Shown piece after piece: positions 1 to 18,412 of a stretch of 64,000 bases of DNA. Every line of letters begins with the position of its first letter. Position 1 is the first letter of the stretch. The DNA is from Macrostomum lignano (Eukaryota): assembly GCA_002269645.1 (NCBI GenBank), contig NIVC01000230.1, positions 558,001 to 622,000 on the forward strand. Direction: 5' to 3'. Below the pieces are notes generated by a model, which had not been told where the DNA came from, did not search any database, and worked only from the letters and a program-made list of their open reading frames with translations. Position numbers and translations under genes: made by a program.

Positions 1-186
1 AAATGAGTGCCTGCGGCGCCAAAATGAGTGCTTGCGGCACCAATTAAATGAGTGCCTGCGGCGCCAAAATGAGCGCTGGCAACTCTGATTCTGAATAATG
101 TACATGTAGGAATTTAGTCATGCACATGTACATGGAGAATTCTTGGCTTTGTCCCCCCACCATAAAATCCCTGGCGTTGCCTCTGC
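1..186. mobile_element. Non-autonomous DNA-transposon (MITE, hAT-like) end with internal 21-bp tandem repeats; truncated by window start
   Basis: Repeats of aaaatgagtgcctgcggcgcc followed by ttcttggctttgtccccc and ccataaaatccctggcgttgcctctg. The same arrangement occurs reverse-complemented at 17688-17870. Confidence 0.6.
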
Positions 187-1346
187 TGACTGTGTTTTTA
201 CTTATTAGGATTTTACTAAATGGGATGTTACTGACAGTGATTTTACTATACGGGAATTTAATAAATCGGGTTTTACTGACTGGGACTTATTGATAATGGT
301 CTCATTTTACTGGCCCAGTTGGAATCAAAGTCAGAATTAAATATATTGCTGTCTTATCGGCCTCTGGTTGCATTTTAAACTTGAGAATCAGCCTAAGACA
401 CGACACATTCTTGCTTCAATGGAAATTCGGAAGCTCAAAAGGTGGAATGTATACAAGCCAGTCAATTCAGTGCTAAAATATTCAAAACTTTTCCTGTCTC
501 TATGAAGCTATGCCAGTAAAAGCAACTTTTCTCGGACCTCGGCCACTTATGAAACGCGAGAGAATCCGGAACAAAATGGTGCCTGGCAGAGTCTTCCTGA
601 AGATTTTTTGTGGCGCCTCATTTTGGGTCTCTGCCTTGCTGCGTGCTCGCAGAAGACAAACTTGTTACAGACAGAGCTTCCGCATTGTCAGCAGTTCATC
701 TGGGCTGCCTTTCGTTCTGTGAGGGCCAATCCTGCAGTCCGAGGCCCGAAACTGACTGCCAGAGGGTGGTGCTGTTCCAGGCGCTGGTGGAGACCACTCA
801 GACCCGGATGCTGACGGACTCGTTCGAGATAGACGAAATAGATTCGAAATAGACGTCCTGTAGTTTCTTAGAGCTTGAAAACTGAAAAATATAGGTCAAG
901 TAAACTAAATCCAAAAACGATATACAACTAGACATATATACTTCGTCCACCATAAAATCGCAAACATAACTGTACTTAATAGTACTGTACTGTACTTTAC
1001 TGCATCTCGGAAGACATCTGGGAAAACTCCGCGGAAAAGCCGTGGAGTTTCCGCGGTATTTCCATGGCATTACCTTAGCTCCATGTTCCTACATCAATAA
1101 TCTGAATATATAAGTCTGAATGACTTCGGCTGCATAGCACATACTTTGGCATCATTCACAGCTATATTTACACACCCTAATTCAGGTTTTCAAGTCTTCG
1201 AAATACCGGTATAGCTGAGTAAGTGTTCATAACTAATTCAACTGGCTGCTTTAATTTAGCAACTTTTTTATTTTCCTATAAACTCGTTTCTATAATGCAA
1301 TTAAGAACGTTTTTTCAATGTAAATTTTCCATTGCAGTTTTGAGAA

Positions 1347-2324
1347 ATGGCTCAAGGAGAAAATGATTCCCCGTACAACGGTATCCTTGAGTGGCTAATT
1401 CCAGCCACCCAAAATGCTAAATTGATAGCTTCAGATTCAAGCAAATTTGCTTGTGAACTGCGTTGTACGGAAAGAAGCGCAAAAAACGAGCTGCTTTCTC
1501 TCTCAGATTGCAGCCCTTACAGCGTGGACTTTAGTAAATGCAGGTTTCTCGACTCGATGGACGGTGCGAAATCTTCTGGAGATGAGCTGAAAAGTAAATG
1601 CGATGCACTCTGTAAAGAATGGAAAAAATTTGCCGATGATTACGCTAAATCAAGCAAAGAGAAAAATGAATTAAGGTCCGCCGAATTAGACAAGCTGTTG
1701 GAAGATATGAATAAACTTTTGGAAAAATGTGCCGCTTGCAGACAGCAATATTCTGCGACTCAAGAGAAATTAAACACCGCCATCAATGACTGCTCCCTCT
1801 TAGTTGAAGAGCTATCAACGGAAGCGGACTGCAAGAGAAAAGAGGAATCTGCCAGAAAACTTAAAGGCTACGTTGCAGCACTCGTTAGCTTTGGTGCAGC
1901 TGTGGCGACTGGTGGCGCGGCTACTCCTGTAGCGATGTTCGCCGCTGGAAGCCTGACAACAGTCTCCTTCGGCACTGCTGCTTGGACCATGGTTACGTCC
2001 GATACTCTTGGTAGCCTCTCTGACAAGTTTAGCAAAGCTCGCGGAAGCATGAAAACGATGCGTCGGTGCCTGAAGCAACTGTCTGACTTGATTGCTAGCC
2101 TTGAGAGATCGACTAAAGACATGACGAGAAGCATCGAAAACGGAAGAAGGGAGAGAGTTAAAGATACGATACGTAGTAAGGAGCAGGAAAATGAGAAACT
2201 GAAAGATACGACACGTAGTAAGGAGCAGGAAAATAAGAAACTGAAAGATACGATACGTAGTCAGGAGCAGGAAAATGAGAAACTGAAAGAGCAACTCCGA
2301 AATGCTGGAATTTCAGATGACTGA
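1347..2324 (+). CDS. Intronless 325-aa helical/coiled-coil protein with central Gly/Ala-rich hydrophobic segment (ApoL-like or alpha-PFT-like, family member 1)
   Basis: Long clean ORF. Hydrophobic stretch GYVAALVSFGAAVATGGAATPVAMFAAGSLTTVSFGTAAW. Clear paralog at 7651-8526. A splice-acceptor-like ttttccattgcag lies just 5' of the ATG. The C-terminus has a 14-aa repeat. Confidence 0.85.
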   Translation: MAQGENDSPYNGILEWLIPATQNAKLIASDSSKFACELRCTERSAKNELLSLSDCSPYSVDFSKCRFLDSMDGAKSSGDELKSKCDALCKEWKKFADDYAKSSKEKNELRSAELDKLLEDMNKLLEKCAACRQQYSATQEKLNTAINDCSLLVEELSTEADCKRKEESARKLKGYVAALVSFGAAVATGGAATPVAMFAAGSLTTVSFGTAAWTMVTSDTLGSLSDKFSKARGSMKTMRRCLKQLSDLIASLERSTKDMTRSIENGRRERVKDTIRSKEQENEKLKDTTRSKEQENKKLKDTIRSQEQENEKLKEQLRNAGISDD

Positions 2325-5300
2325 TCAAATTTTCACACCAAAAACTGACTAAAGCCTGTGGATTGGCTCTGCACACTCTTATCTAATAGATTGCGAATAC
2401 AGTTAACATTTTCTACTACCCTTTATGCATGGCAAAAGTGATCTTTTTAGCTACGAGTGTTTGAATAATTTTTGTAATTGGTATTGTATTTGTTCTAATT
2501 ACGCGATAGTTGGCTGTATCAACTGCATATACCTGTACTACTGCCTACAATGTTTGCAATATTCAAGCTATCAGTAAGTGAAGTAGCTGGCCAGCTGCGG
2601 ATAATGCAACATTTTTTAAATTTCAGTATCGATTAGTTTTCTTCTGGTGACTCTTGAACTGCAATTTACTCCCTATCAATATCCCTATATTTACTCCCTT
2701 AGAAAATTGTGCTAGCAATTTAGCTTCACTTACTTTGGGGGACTGTACTATATCGCCTTGGAGAACAGTCTCGTCTCAGCTGGAAAACTACGTGTACTAT
2801 ACCTATACCATTAATTATGCAATGCGATCCCGCAGTTGGTATCGTAGAAAGCAGTGTTTTATTGCAGTCTTTGTCCGTTTATCGTGTACTCTTTAGTTTC
2901 GTTATTTTTGGCAAATGCATTGCCGCTTCATTTTATTGTCTATGTCCCAACCTGGCGTATCTCTGTAAGCCTAGAACCATAAGAATTCTGGTTGCCTTTA
3001 GTTGCACAATACAAGCTGCTGCCGGATCAAAGCTAAAGCGTTTTCTTATTCTTTCAAAAGTGCAGTCAGTTCATGACACTATTTTTCTATATTTCCTTGA
3101 TAGACAGGCATGCTTACTCATTAGTCAGAGTAAACAGGTAGAAATTTTAGGCCGGCTCCTTTACTCAAGAATTTGCTGATCAAGTGCTACTTATGCTAGT
3201 CAATGTAAATTACATTCTTGAGCAGTGATGATCTCCTAAATAGCAGGTTTGAGGGGGATTTTGGAAATTGTTTCCACTTCCTCTATAATGCCGATAGTTT
3301 TGCATTTAGTATTCCAAAAAGAAATAAAAATGGGAGTCGACTTTGTTAAAAAACCGTTCCTCCATAATCCCATTAATTATATCTGTATTATCCCCACAGA
3401 ATATAGACAGAATGCCCGATCAGCCCTCCCGCAGAAAAATCTGCCGCAAAAAGTATTTGCATATATAGCTACCTTTGTTGTGAAGAAAGATAGTGGTCAC
3501 TTATACTTACGCGTATTCGGCGTGGAGGGGTTGTGCCATAGACGACTGAGACTGCAGTCGCATATATATATATATATACTGTATATTCTGTGGCCGCTGC
3601 TGCAGCTACTGAAATTCCCCAAAGAGTGATTATCCCCAAAGAAATCGCATTGCTCAAACCTCATTCAGGTGTCTGCCCAAAGCCAGATCCCAACAGCTTT
3701 CAACCACCAGTACAGTGTGGAGAGCTCAAACAAGGCTGTCGCCAGGTTTAGGCCCAGCGGAGACGGAGAGGATGAGTTTTGGGAGAGAGTACACAGGAGA
3801 GCAGAGAGAAGCTTGCCCGGAAGGAGAAACAGACAGAATTGAACAGCGAAGGCTATTCCTGAAGTATGGCAATTGTACTCTCCATCTTTCTACCTGCCGA
3901 GCCAGCAGAGGTAGCAGAGGTTGTATCGATTTTTCTGACTAAGCATCCCCTCAGCAGCGGTCGCAGTTCCCAACGTTTGCGTCCATTTTTAAGCGTTGGG
4001 AAATTCTCTTTTACGCCTGCAAGCCATTAAGCTAGCATCTCACAAAGGCGCTTCTGTTGATTGGGTTAACAAGTTGAAGCCGAACCAGATACTGCCAGAA
4101 TCAGATACTGCCAGAACCAGATACTGCAGTATCCAATATTGCATTGAAGCTGTCATGACAAGTATTGTGCCTTTCTGTCGACTTATAGTAAAGCAACATC
4201 AAAATGCTCCTATTTTATGGTTACAATGCTGCAAGTATTCGATAATACAGTATTCGCTTTTATGCAGAGAAGCTCTCATGACAACTACTATACGTTTTTG
4301 TCTACTTATAGTAAGGCGATGTTAAAATGCTCCTATTTGAGCCAACTCTCTGTACCATATTGGGTTTTACAATGGATAGAGATAACGTTATCGTAAAAGT
4401 ATAAGTATCGATAAGGAGACTGTGTCGTTTCAAAACCCTATCTCTGCATCCTTATCAATTTGTAAGGATCACTCTGATCGCAGTCAGATTATAAGTTATG
4501 AACAGTTTTTTGTCTGGTTAACTCGGTGTCAAAATTATAAGTATCCAAAGTCTGTGTGCTTCGGGAAAAGAAACAGCCCCTGCAGGGGACCTTTCCATTT
4601 GTAATAGAACTTCTTATTTGGCAGGGTCACATTGGGAGCATTCGACGAAGCCTGTAAAATCATTAGGATAAACCAAAGCCAAAGACGGTTAAAATTGAAA
4701 TGATTTCTCAATTTGCACGCATTAACAAAATAGCTCCAGAACGAGCTGGCAGCAGTCCAAACAGCCGATGCAGAAGCTCAGACAGGAGCAGCCTCCGACC
4801 GTAGCAGCACTGCCGCTGCCAGTTGGTACTGCTGGGTCGGCCAGCTCAAACTGCGACTGCTTCTCCTGCTGCACTGGGGGTGCGTTAAGATCGCACTTTT
4901 ACGACATGCTGGATGACTAACTCTCGGGCTTGTAGGTCCTTAGATTTTCGTTGGCGTTCGATTTTGTACGATCGCTATCGATCTGCACTGAGTATCCTTG
5001 TCGCTGTTGCAGTCTCTGCGCAGAGAAATCTATTTCTACTGTATGTGTGCACAGTGCATCTATTCAAAGTCTTGCTCACTTCCATACTGGTCAGTAAGTG
5101 CTACTGCAATCAGCCTTTTATCAGGCTAGTTCGCACTCACGTTGCTGACACTCGAATATCTGCGTCATTTTTACTAGCCCAGATGCCTACATGTAATTTA
5201 AGTACTTTTAACTTTTACCAATAATATGGAGTTTAAAAACATTTATACACTGGGTTTGCTATCAAAGCTGAATAAATATTCAAGCTTAAACTTATGAGAA

Positions 5301-5409
5301 TCTGAGCTGCGGAGCAGAGCTAGACGGACTTTCATCGAACTTAACCAACAAAGTTTTAATCGTCAATAACCATTTCATTCATCTTTATAAATTTGTTCTG
5401 TGTCAAACC

Positions 5410-5724
<315 letters not shown>

Positions 5725-5905
5725 GACACCATACAAATATGCAAACGACACTTAAGTAGTCTCTGAGTGTACTTCAGTGTATTGTTGTGTAGAGTAGTGT
5801 ACTATAATTGAGCAGTAATGCTTAGTACAATGGTCTGTATAAGCAATAATTGGAAATAAAAGTACGCGGTGATTGTTCAATATTCAATAGACTAGATTGA
5901 CTCAG

Positions 5906-6175
5906 TCAGGACTTGAAGAGGTTGGCAATATCCAGGCCACACTCGAGACACGCCAAGCAGATGTGGATGCAGCAGCAGACGTTTTCCAAAGTCTCCATCT
6001 TGCTCGTCTCTGCTTTTGTGTCCTCCACTGAAGTTGCAATAATTTTCTCCCGATCTGACGAGCCTGCAGGCTGATCCAGCGTTGCGTCATGAGGTGCTTC
6101 GAAGACCGCCTTGTTCATGTCTTTCGAGTTCTTCATTTCAGTAGCTTTGCAGCGTCTCTTGGCAGCGAATGCCAT
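5906..6175 (-). CDS. Possible small 89-aa protein with Cys-rich C-terminal tail (CYSTM-like)
   Basis: Hydrophilic N-terminus and the tail VCCCIHICLACLECGLDIANLFKS; GC-richer than its flanks. No independent support. Confidence 0.35.
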   Translation of the reverse strand: MAFAAKRRCKATEMKNSKDMNKAVFEAPHDATLDQPAGSSDREKIIATSVEDTKAETSKMETLENVCCCIHICLACLECGLDIANLFKS

Positions 6176-7650
6176 TTATAGACTCTTCCCAATCGTCAGT
6201 TTAAATGTATTCACAACGCGAAGTTGCCACACTTTGCCAGTACAGCAAGCCAGTTCGTGTACATAGTAGAGCTTATCACTAGGCATTATAGATAAGTTTT
6301 GTGACTTTTTTGGCGTACGTTGGTGACACTTCGGCTAAAAATACTTTGAATGAGCCAAGCTATATATTTCGGCCATGATAATAAACATACTTTTAAAAAA
6401 GCAACTTTTTTACTGAAAGAAAAATTTGTACTCTCGTTCACGCAGGCTGAAATGATATGCCGTACGGAGCGCTTGATATGCAGCTGTCTTTGTGATGCAG
6501 CTCTCCCTAATGTATCGTAGTGTTGTAATTAGAATGTCGTGAATGTCTATTCTTGGAGATTTGACGCTTTACTTGGATATTTGACACTGCTCTTGTGTTC
6601 TTGGAGATTTGACACTGTTCTTGTTGATGTGACCTCCTTGGAGATGTGACGCTACTATCACTGTGAGAAGTTACTGCTTTAGGCTTTTGACATTTTCAAA
6701 TGTTGAGACGACAACAGACCAGCAGCTATCTAGGAGTTTAACAGTAATTCCCTCGCCGCTAACTAAAGAGCCCTGACTTTGACACAGAAGGCTACTCTGC
6801 CCAAAATTTTGGGCTCGTAAACGACACTTTAATTAAGGTTTCTTTTGCCACACCATATGCGCTGCTTTAAGCAAACTGTTCCAAGCAGATCAGCAGCAGC
6901 TGGGGCATGGCTAGCTTTTTCTGTCTTACTGACGTGAGTCTCAGTAAGGAATCGCAGTTTTCATTGCACTCTATTAAAATAATATTTAGAAGAGGTACGT
7001 TACAACTGAAAATAATGGTAGCATAAAACGTCGCTAGCTACTTATTTGAGTAGAACGTGTTGATACTTTGCTGAAACAATTTTATATGTCGCTTTAAAAA
7101 TGAAAATGCGGTTGTACTTATAAATCCAGATTCTTCAATGTCCAATTAACTTTCTTCAAGCAAAACAAATCTAAGAAAATTGAAATAGACAGACTTTTTT
7201 CGGCCTTTTGGCTGATAAAAAAATTGTAATAATCATAAACACATGGTATCAGTTAGTTGCCTGGCTCGTTTTACCGCAGAAAAATTGCGAAATTCCACGG
7301 AAAAGCCGTGGAAAAGCCGTGGAATTTTCTCGAAATTTTCAGACAGTACCTTAAATATACCGTAAATCCCCAATCTAGTGAACCTATTCATGCAGAAACT
7401 CAGACACTTTATTTGTTTTAATATTCGTACTGGTTAAAGTTTAATTCTATCAATTATTCCAGACACAACTCTTGTCCTTTATCGGTAAGTGCATAAGTAT
7501 TTTTCTATTTAAATGATTCAACATAAATGAACGGAAATTCATCATTTACATGTAGTATATGAAATTGTCGATTGGTAAATGCTCAAGTAATACTAGTATC
7601 AATGCTAATTTAAAGTCAATTACTCGTATTATTAACTGTAGTTTCAAGAG

Positions 7651-8526
7651 ATGGCTCAAGGAGGAGACTACGACCACAACTCAATCGCCCAATGGCTTAC
7701 GAAAATAGGCACGGAAAATGCCAAAGTGATTGCGTCAGAGGCAAAAAAAATCTCTTCCGAACTTTGCAATTCCACAACAAAAGCAAGAGATGAGCTGGTG
7801 AATCTCCCAGATTGCCCTTCTAGCCTAGACAGTGAGAGAAAAGATTTTTTCAACTCGATGGACGATGCAAAATCCTCTGCAGAAGGATTGAAAGGAAGGT
7901 GCCTTAAGCTCTGCGAAAAATGGGACGGATTTGCAGATGATTTTAAAAAATCCAGCAGTGATAAGAAAATTTTAAGCTCCGACGAACTTGACAAACTGTT
8001 GAAAGATATGCAAAAACTTTTGAAAAAGTGTGAAGCTTGCGAAGAGCAATACTCTGAGACTCGAGCCAGACTGTCCACCGCCATCAATGACTGCTCCCTC
8101 TTAGTTGAAGAGCTAGCGAAGGAAGCGGCTCGCAAGAGAGAAGAGGAATCCAACAGAAAACTAAAAGGCTACGGTGCAGCAGCACTCGTTGGCTTGGGTG
8201 CAGCTGCAATGACATTGGCGACTGGTGGCGCGGCTGCTCCAGCGATGTTCGCCGCTGGAAGCCTGGCAGGAGTTTCCGTAGGCACTGCAGCTTGGACCAA
8301 GGTTACGTCCGGTACTCTTCGTAGCCTCTCTGAAACGTTTAGCCAAGCTCGTGGAAGAATGAACGCGACGCTTCGGGAGCTGAATCGACTGTCCAACTTG
8401 ATTTCGAGCCTGGAAAAAAATACAGCAGAGATGGCAAAAAACATCGAAACTGGAAGAAACAGAGAGAAACGAGTCAAGGACGCACTGGATAAGAAAGAGA
8501 GAAAAGAAAGAAAAGCTCTTGGCTAA
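7651..8526 (+). CDS. Intronless 291-aa paralog of 1347-2324 (family member 2)
   Basis: Colinear similarity along the length: MAQG start, AINDCSLLVEEL, RKLKGY, ATGGAA.P.MFAAGSL, GTAAWT.VTS.TL.SLS. An acceptor-like ttaactgtag precedes the ATG. Confidence 0.85.
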   Translation: MAQGGDYDHNSIAQWLTKIGTENAKVIASEAKKISSELCNSTTKARDELVNLPDCPSSLDSERKDFFNSMDDAKSSAEGLKGRCLKLCEKWDGFADDFKKSSSDKKILSSDELDKLLKDMQKLLKKCEACEEQYSETRARLSTAINDCSLLVEELAKEAARKREEESNRKLKGYGAAALVGLGAAAMTLATGGAAAPAMFAAGSLAGVSVGTAAWTKVTSGTLRSLSETFSQARGRMNATLRELNRLSNLISSLEKNTAEMAKNIETGRNREKRVKDALDKKERKERKALG

Positions 8527-9123
8527 ACTTGCCGAGTTAGGAATTTCAGTCAGCAGTGATTCCGATGATTTGTAACGATGTTGATATTTATTTTTAAAAA
8601 ATAATTTGGTATTATTAATTTCTCTTTAGCATTATATTATTTTATCTACTATTCATTAGTGAATTTATAAGTTATTCAATATTGAACGCTTAAAATTTGT
8701 TTTACTGTATCCTTCATAGAAATATGAGCGTTGTATTATTTAAAAACGGTTAAACCGCGATTTTGCTCTTATTCTTTGGTTTTGTGCGTGCTTTCTGGTT
8801 GGTCCGCCGCGTGGTGCCTGTTCACTATAACTCACTACCAATAATTTAACGGCAATAGTTTAAATCTTGTCAGATCAAATAAATAATACAATTAAATACA
8901 ATCAGTCAAAGTTCAAATATAAGACTCTTGCTACGAAGACTCAATTTGTTATTGATAGTGCATAGCCGTCAGCACCGAACAAAGAAGGGTCACGTCACAG
9001 ATTGATCTGTCATGCTCTATTAATCTTTCCCCTGGCGGCTGACATGTCACATTATTGCCGTAGTTACCGTTTTAACCTTTTTAGCCCTTCTATTGATATA
9101 TCCCGTACGACAAATTAGTGGAC

Positions 9124-9396
9124 TTAATAGAAAGTTAAACGTCTCCAATATATTCTTTAGGGATGTGGCCGTATGGACGTCTCAGAGACGATTCATTTTG
9201 ATTTTAAGATCAAGTTTGCAAATTCAATTGCAAAACATTAACCATACCTAGCTGTGTCATGTCTCGAAGCAATATTTATTCTCCAAACTTAAGCCAAAAA
9301 TCAAACTTCTTGTAAATTTGACTTAAAAAATGCAACACATTCGTCTTGGGGACGTAGGAATAATGCGTATTGGAGACGTCTATAACTTTCTATTGA
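9124..9396. mobile_element. MITE-like element with imperfect terminal inverted repeats
   Basis: Left ttaatagaaagttaaacgtctcc matches the reverse complement of right ggagacgtctataactttctattgaa. Confidence 0.5.
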
Positions 9397-10019
9397 ATAT
9401 ATAGGCCAATCTACACTATATTCAATTCAATGACATTGCCCGCAAGCAAAAAATTAACTTTAAAATCTTGTTGCTTATCCACTTGTGCGTACTCAAGACT
9501 TCCAACCGAAAATATGTTTTTTAACCCATACAACTCACGTTTTGTTTTTTGATGAAGTTCCCTTTCTTCGCTGAAAAATGTACGCTGATGATAGGGGCAC
9601 ATGGAATTGTACGACTTTTTTGCAGCTCGCATAAAGCTTTCTGAATATGCAGAGCTCACTGGGTCACAACTTGTGTTTTTTTAACCATTTTCTAGTTGAT
9701 AAAGACGGCATTAAAAGAACAGCTTGAGAATAACAATTACGAGCGTTATTAATATTTGAGCACAGTTTATCTTTCTACTTCTCTGTCTCTACATTAAACC
9801 CAACGGTCTTGCGCTGTTGATGCTCTTAGCTAAGAGGCTGTTAATTTAAAAATTACTTTTTTGGCAGCTGGTCAGTGTACATTGCAACTATAGATAAATA
9901 TTTTTCTTAACGAGAAATTCTTAGGTGTAGTGCTCTTAATATATTTGTTTCCGTGTACAAAGTGGAGAACTATTCTGTAATTATTTTTTGGAATGTAACG
10001 CTGTCGTAAGAATATGGCA

Positions 10020-10337
10020 GTGTCGACCATGGAAGGTGGCAGAGTCATGGAAGGTGGCAGTGTCATGGAAGGTGGCAGAGTCATGGAAGGTGGCAGTGTC
10101 ATGGAAGGTGGCTGAGTCATGGAAGGTGGCAGTGTCATGGAAGGTGGCTGTGTCATGCAAGGTGGCAGTGTCATGCAAGGTGGCAGTGTCATGCAAGGTG
10201 GCAGTGTCATGGAGGGTGGCAGAATCGTAAAAGGCGGCAGTGTCATGGAAGTTGGCAGTGTCATGGAAGGTAGCAGTGTCATGGAAGTTGGCAGTGTCAT
10301 GGAAGGTGGCAGAATCGTGGAAGGCGGCAGTGTCATG
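10020..10337. repeat. 18-bp minisatellite (gtcatggaaggtggcagt)
   Basis: Direct tandem repeats; they explain ORFs 9872-10423. Confidence 0.95.
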
Positions 10338-11148
10338 TAATGGTGGTACATGAACATGTAGCCAATACATAACGCATGCACACATGCAGCCATCTTCAAA
10401 TACGAGCTACCCTCCCTTATCAAACTGTGAATTATAAACTGTACTCTAAAATATCAATATATACGGCCCAATTTCAATGAAGACCACTTCATAAAAATAT
10501 ATTTGACAATGCAAATTGGAAATTAAAGGTTTGTGTGAAAATCTTTCTGCCGGGAAGTTTGAAATTTCAGTTTTATTTTACCAAACTTGCTTTGGTTTTA
10601 TGCATAAAGAATTGGATTTTATATTTGCATTTTAGCTGTCGCAAAGTTTTTCTTTAAAATTGCACATTAAAGCAAATTTTATTCGGGTCAGATGCGCCAA
10701 GGTCTACTAATAGTACGCAATATACAATTTCTTGTGCAGAATTAGCCCCTGTCAATACTTAGCAACTGGCTGACTCAAACGATTGAGACTTCTTTAGTGC
10801 TCGCTTTGTTGGCTCTGAGAGGCTGGGCCACAACCGTTATGGACCTGCTGGCCTGGCTTTTGTCCTTGACCAATACATTCTTGAATGCAGCCACCACGAT
10901 TGCTATTAGAAGCAGCAGAGTTATGACAGCCAAAAAGTTCAGCGAGTACTCCACCACGGTCACTTCGACAACTGTGTAGCTCTCGGAGCTCTGGCTCAGC
11001 TCACCGAGTTCGAAGTGGGCTGACATTGCTGGGAGGTTTGGAGAGAGTAATGAATGAATCGATCAATCAAATCGACCATCAATCTATCAATCAATCAGTC
11101 AATAAAGCCACATAAAATCGATTGACCAAGAGGTCCATTAATTTATAA

Positions 11149-11371
<223 letters not shown>

Positions 11372-12042
11372 AATCAATCAATCTGTAATTACAAATGTAT
11401 AAATTTATCAACTGCTATTTAATAATTCTATCTATTTTATCAGTTACCAGCTCACCTTTCAACAAATTCTTTACAAGAAAGACAACAGGTAGTCTTGCAG
11501 AAGCAGCTGGGCCGACTTCGAATCGATTGATTCTGGTTAATCAATGTCTGATAGAAAATCGCTTCTCAAAAGAAATAAGCGCGCACTAGTTTCTTTGCTA
11601 AAACAGCCTGAACTTGATTAAAATTCAACAGCAGTTTGCCGAATGCCTTTCAAGCTCGGCCATAGACATCAGTTCTACCTACGTCCAGCGATCAAAAATG
11701 AGAAATGGGGTACAAGCAGCACATATGCTGAACTACTTGATTATACTACTTTCTCTATGTTTTATTTTGTATTTTTCGTATAAGTTTGTGCATATCATGA
11801 ATTTTTGTTGCCAGTTTCATATGCTAAACTGACTACTGACCAGTAGTCAGTTTTACTGCTAGCTTTGACTTTTTTGCATAATTTTCTTTCATTACCAGTT
11901 TTAAATGGTTTCTAATTAAATTAACCAATCGCGCAAGTTCTAGTGTGTAAAATTGGCAATTTAATGACTCTATATAACACTTTAACTGAAAATTTATATC
12001 GATCGCTTTTCTAATATCAAACTTGCGATACTTCACTTGAGC

Positions 12043-16981
<4,939 letters not shown>

Positions 16982-17687
16982 CGTCATAGCGAGAAAAGTA
17001 CAAAAGGACCTTCCAGTGTGTGGTGTGTGTGTGTGTGAACCCGAAAAAAGAGATTTCAATGGAAAAAACTTCTTTCTTTGAGATGGATTGGATGAAGACA
17101 AAAATAAAGCGTACAGCAACTATATGATGAATTGCTTGATGAATTTCAAAGCTAAACAATTATTGTCTGTTCAATTTGATTCTGAATTTACTTTTTAATT
17201 GCATGCCGTATTACATTTCGTGCAACTGATAAGCCACGGACCCGATAGAAATTCGTCCTAAATAGACTAAAATAAGAGCTAAAAAGTTTACAGACTTGTC
17301 ACCTCAAGAAGAAATAGCTGTGATTTGCATTGCAGTCTACTTACAGTGTCGGCAAATTAATTTATGGTAGATTTTGGATGCACATACATGTATGTGTAGT
17401 ACTATAAAGGTCGGAGACCCATCTAAGATTGAAAGTAAACACTTCTGATGGTGGTTTATTGAAAATTTTATTTAAACAACATGAAACAATTCCGAATAAT
17501 CTACAGCAATGTATTTCTTTGCAACAAACACTTTCTCATTTTTTATTGCGAAGTCATGCAAGGAAAAAAATGAAAAAGCAAAATTTGCAGACGCATTAAC
17601 AATTAGACTACACCTACTTGCAATTCACAATCTATAAAATTATGACCAACAATACCTTTAATCTACATGTACATGTAGGCTACTATA

Positions 17688-18002
17688 AAGGGGCACCGCC
17701 ATGGATTTTATGGTGGGGGCCGGGGGACAAAGCCAAGAATTATATATGTATTTTCAGAATAGGTGTTGCCAGCGCTCATTTGGCGCCGCAGGCATTCATT
17801 TTAGCACCGCAGGCACTCATTTTAGCACCGCAGGCACTCTCTTTAGCGCTACAGGCACTCATTTTGATTATATTTTGACGCCCGTGAAGCAAAATTATTG
17901 ATTTCCATAACGGGTCACAAAGTTGGATATAGGGGGACAGAGCATTGGAATGTCCACCATAGACATATGTCCCCTGTCGATTCCCCTGTGGCGACGCCCC
18001 TG
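17688..18002. mobile_element. MITE (hAT-like) of the same family as 1-186
   Basis: The ends aggggcaccgcca and tggcgacgcccctg are inverted repeats. Internal 21-bp repeats match 1-80 in reverse complement. Confidence 0.65.
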
Positions 18003-18148
18003 CTGCTAACATGTTGTCTTTGGCTGCTGCATCAGTACATGCAGCTGGTCGATACAAGCACAAAGCATATTATTGAATATAATGAAGCTATAAAGCTAAT
18101 TGACTGCACACACATGTACAGTGTAGATCAACAGTGCATTTAGTGAAC

Positions 18149-18412
18149 TCAGTCATTATTTAACTGCACCAGCAGCAATCGCAGGATCCTCTGCTGACAG
18201 CGAAGTTTCCTTAGCAGACTGGCCACCAGCAAGCTCATAGCAACCAAATCTGCCGCATCCTCTCTGCCGCCGTTGCTAGACGCTCGCGTCACCATGGCAA
18301 CGGCCGCAGCGGCCAGATCCGAATCGCGACGCTGTCGTCTTGTACATGATGCACTACTAGCAACTCCGTTCGCTAGACCGCTTTTGATTACAGCTGCTGT
18401 TTTTGAAGGCAT
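18149..18412 (-). CDS. Possible single-exon small orphan protein (MPSKTAAVIK...LLVASLLRKLRCQQRILRLLLVQLNND)
   Basis: GC-rich island, C-terminal amphipathic helix, and TATA-like and GACGTC motifs about 50-120 bp upstream. No family recognised. Confidence 0.35.
   Translation of the reverse strand: MPSKTAAVIKSGLANGVASSASCTRRQRRDSDLAAAAVAMVTRASSNGGREDAADLVAMSLLVASLLRKLRCQQRILRLLLVQLNND

Noticed and set aside
510-860. GC-rich patch with three short overlapping ORFs
   Set aside because: No frame has recognisable motifs or convincing splice sites.
9872-10423. ORFs with TLPPSM/HDTATF repeats
   Set aside because: Open frames through an 18-bp minisatellite, with no coding context.
10775-11040. Minus-strand exon-like ORF with a transmembrane-like stretch and acceptor-like site
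   Set aside because: Could not be linked to any other exon; may be real but is unsupported.
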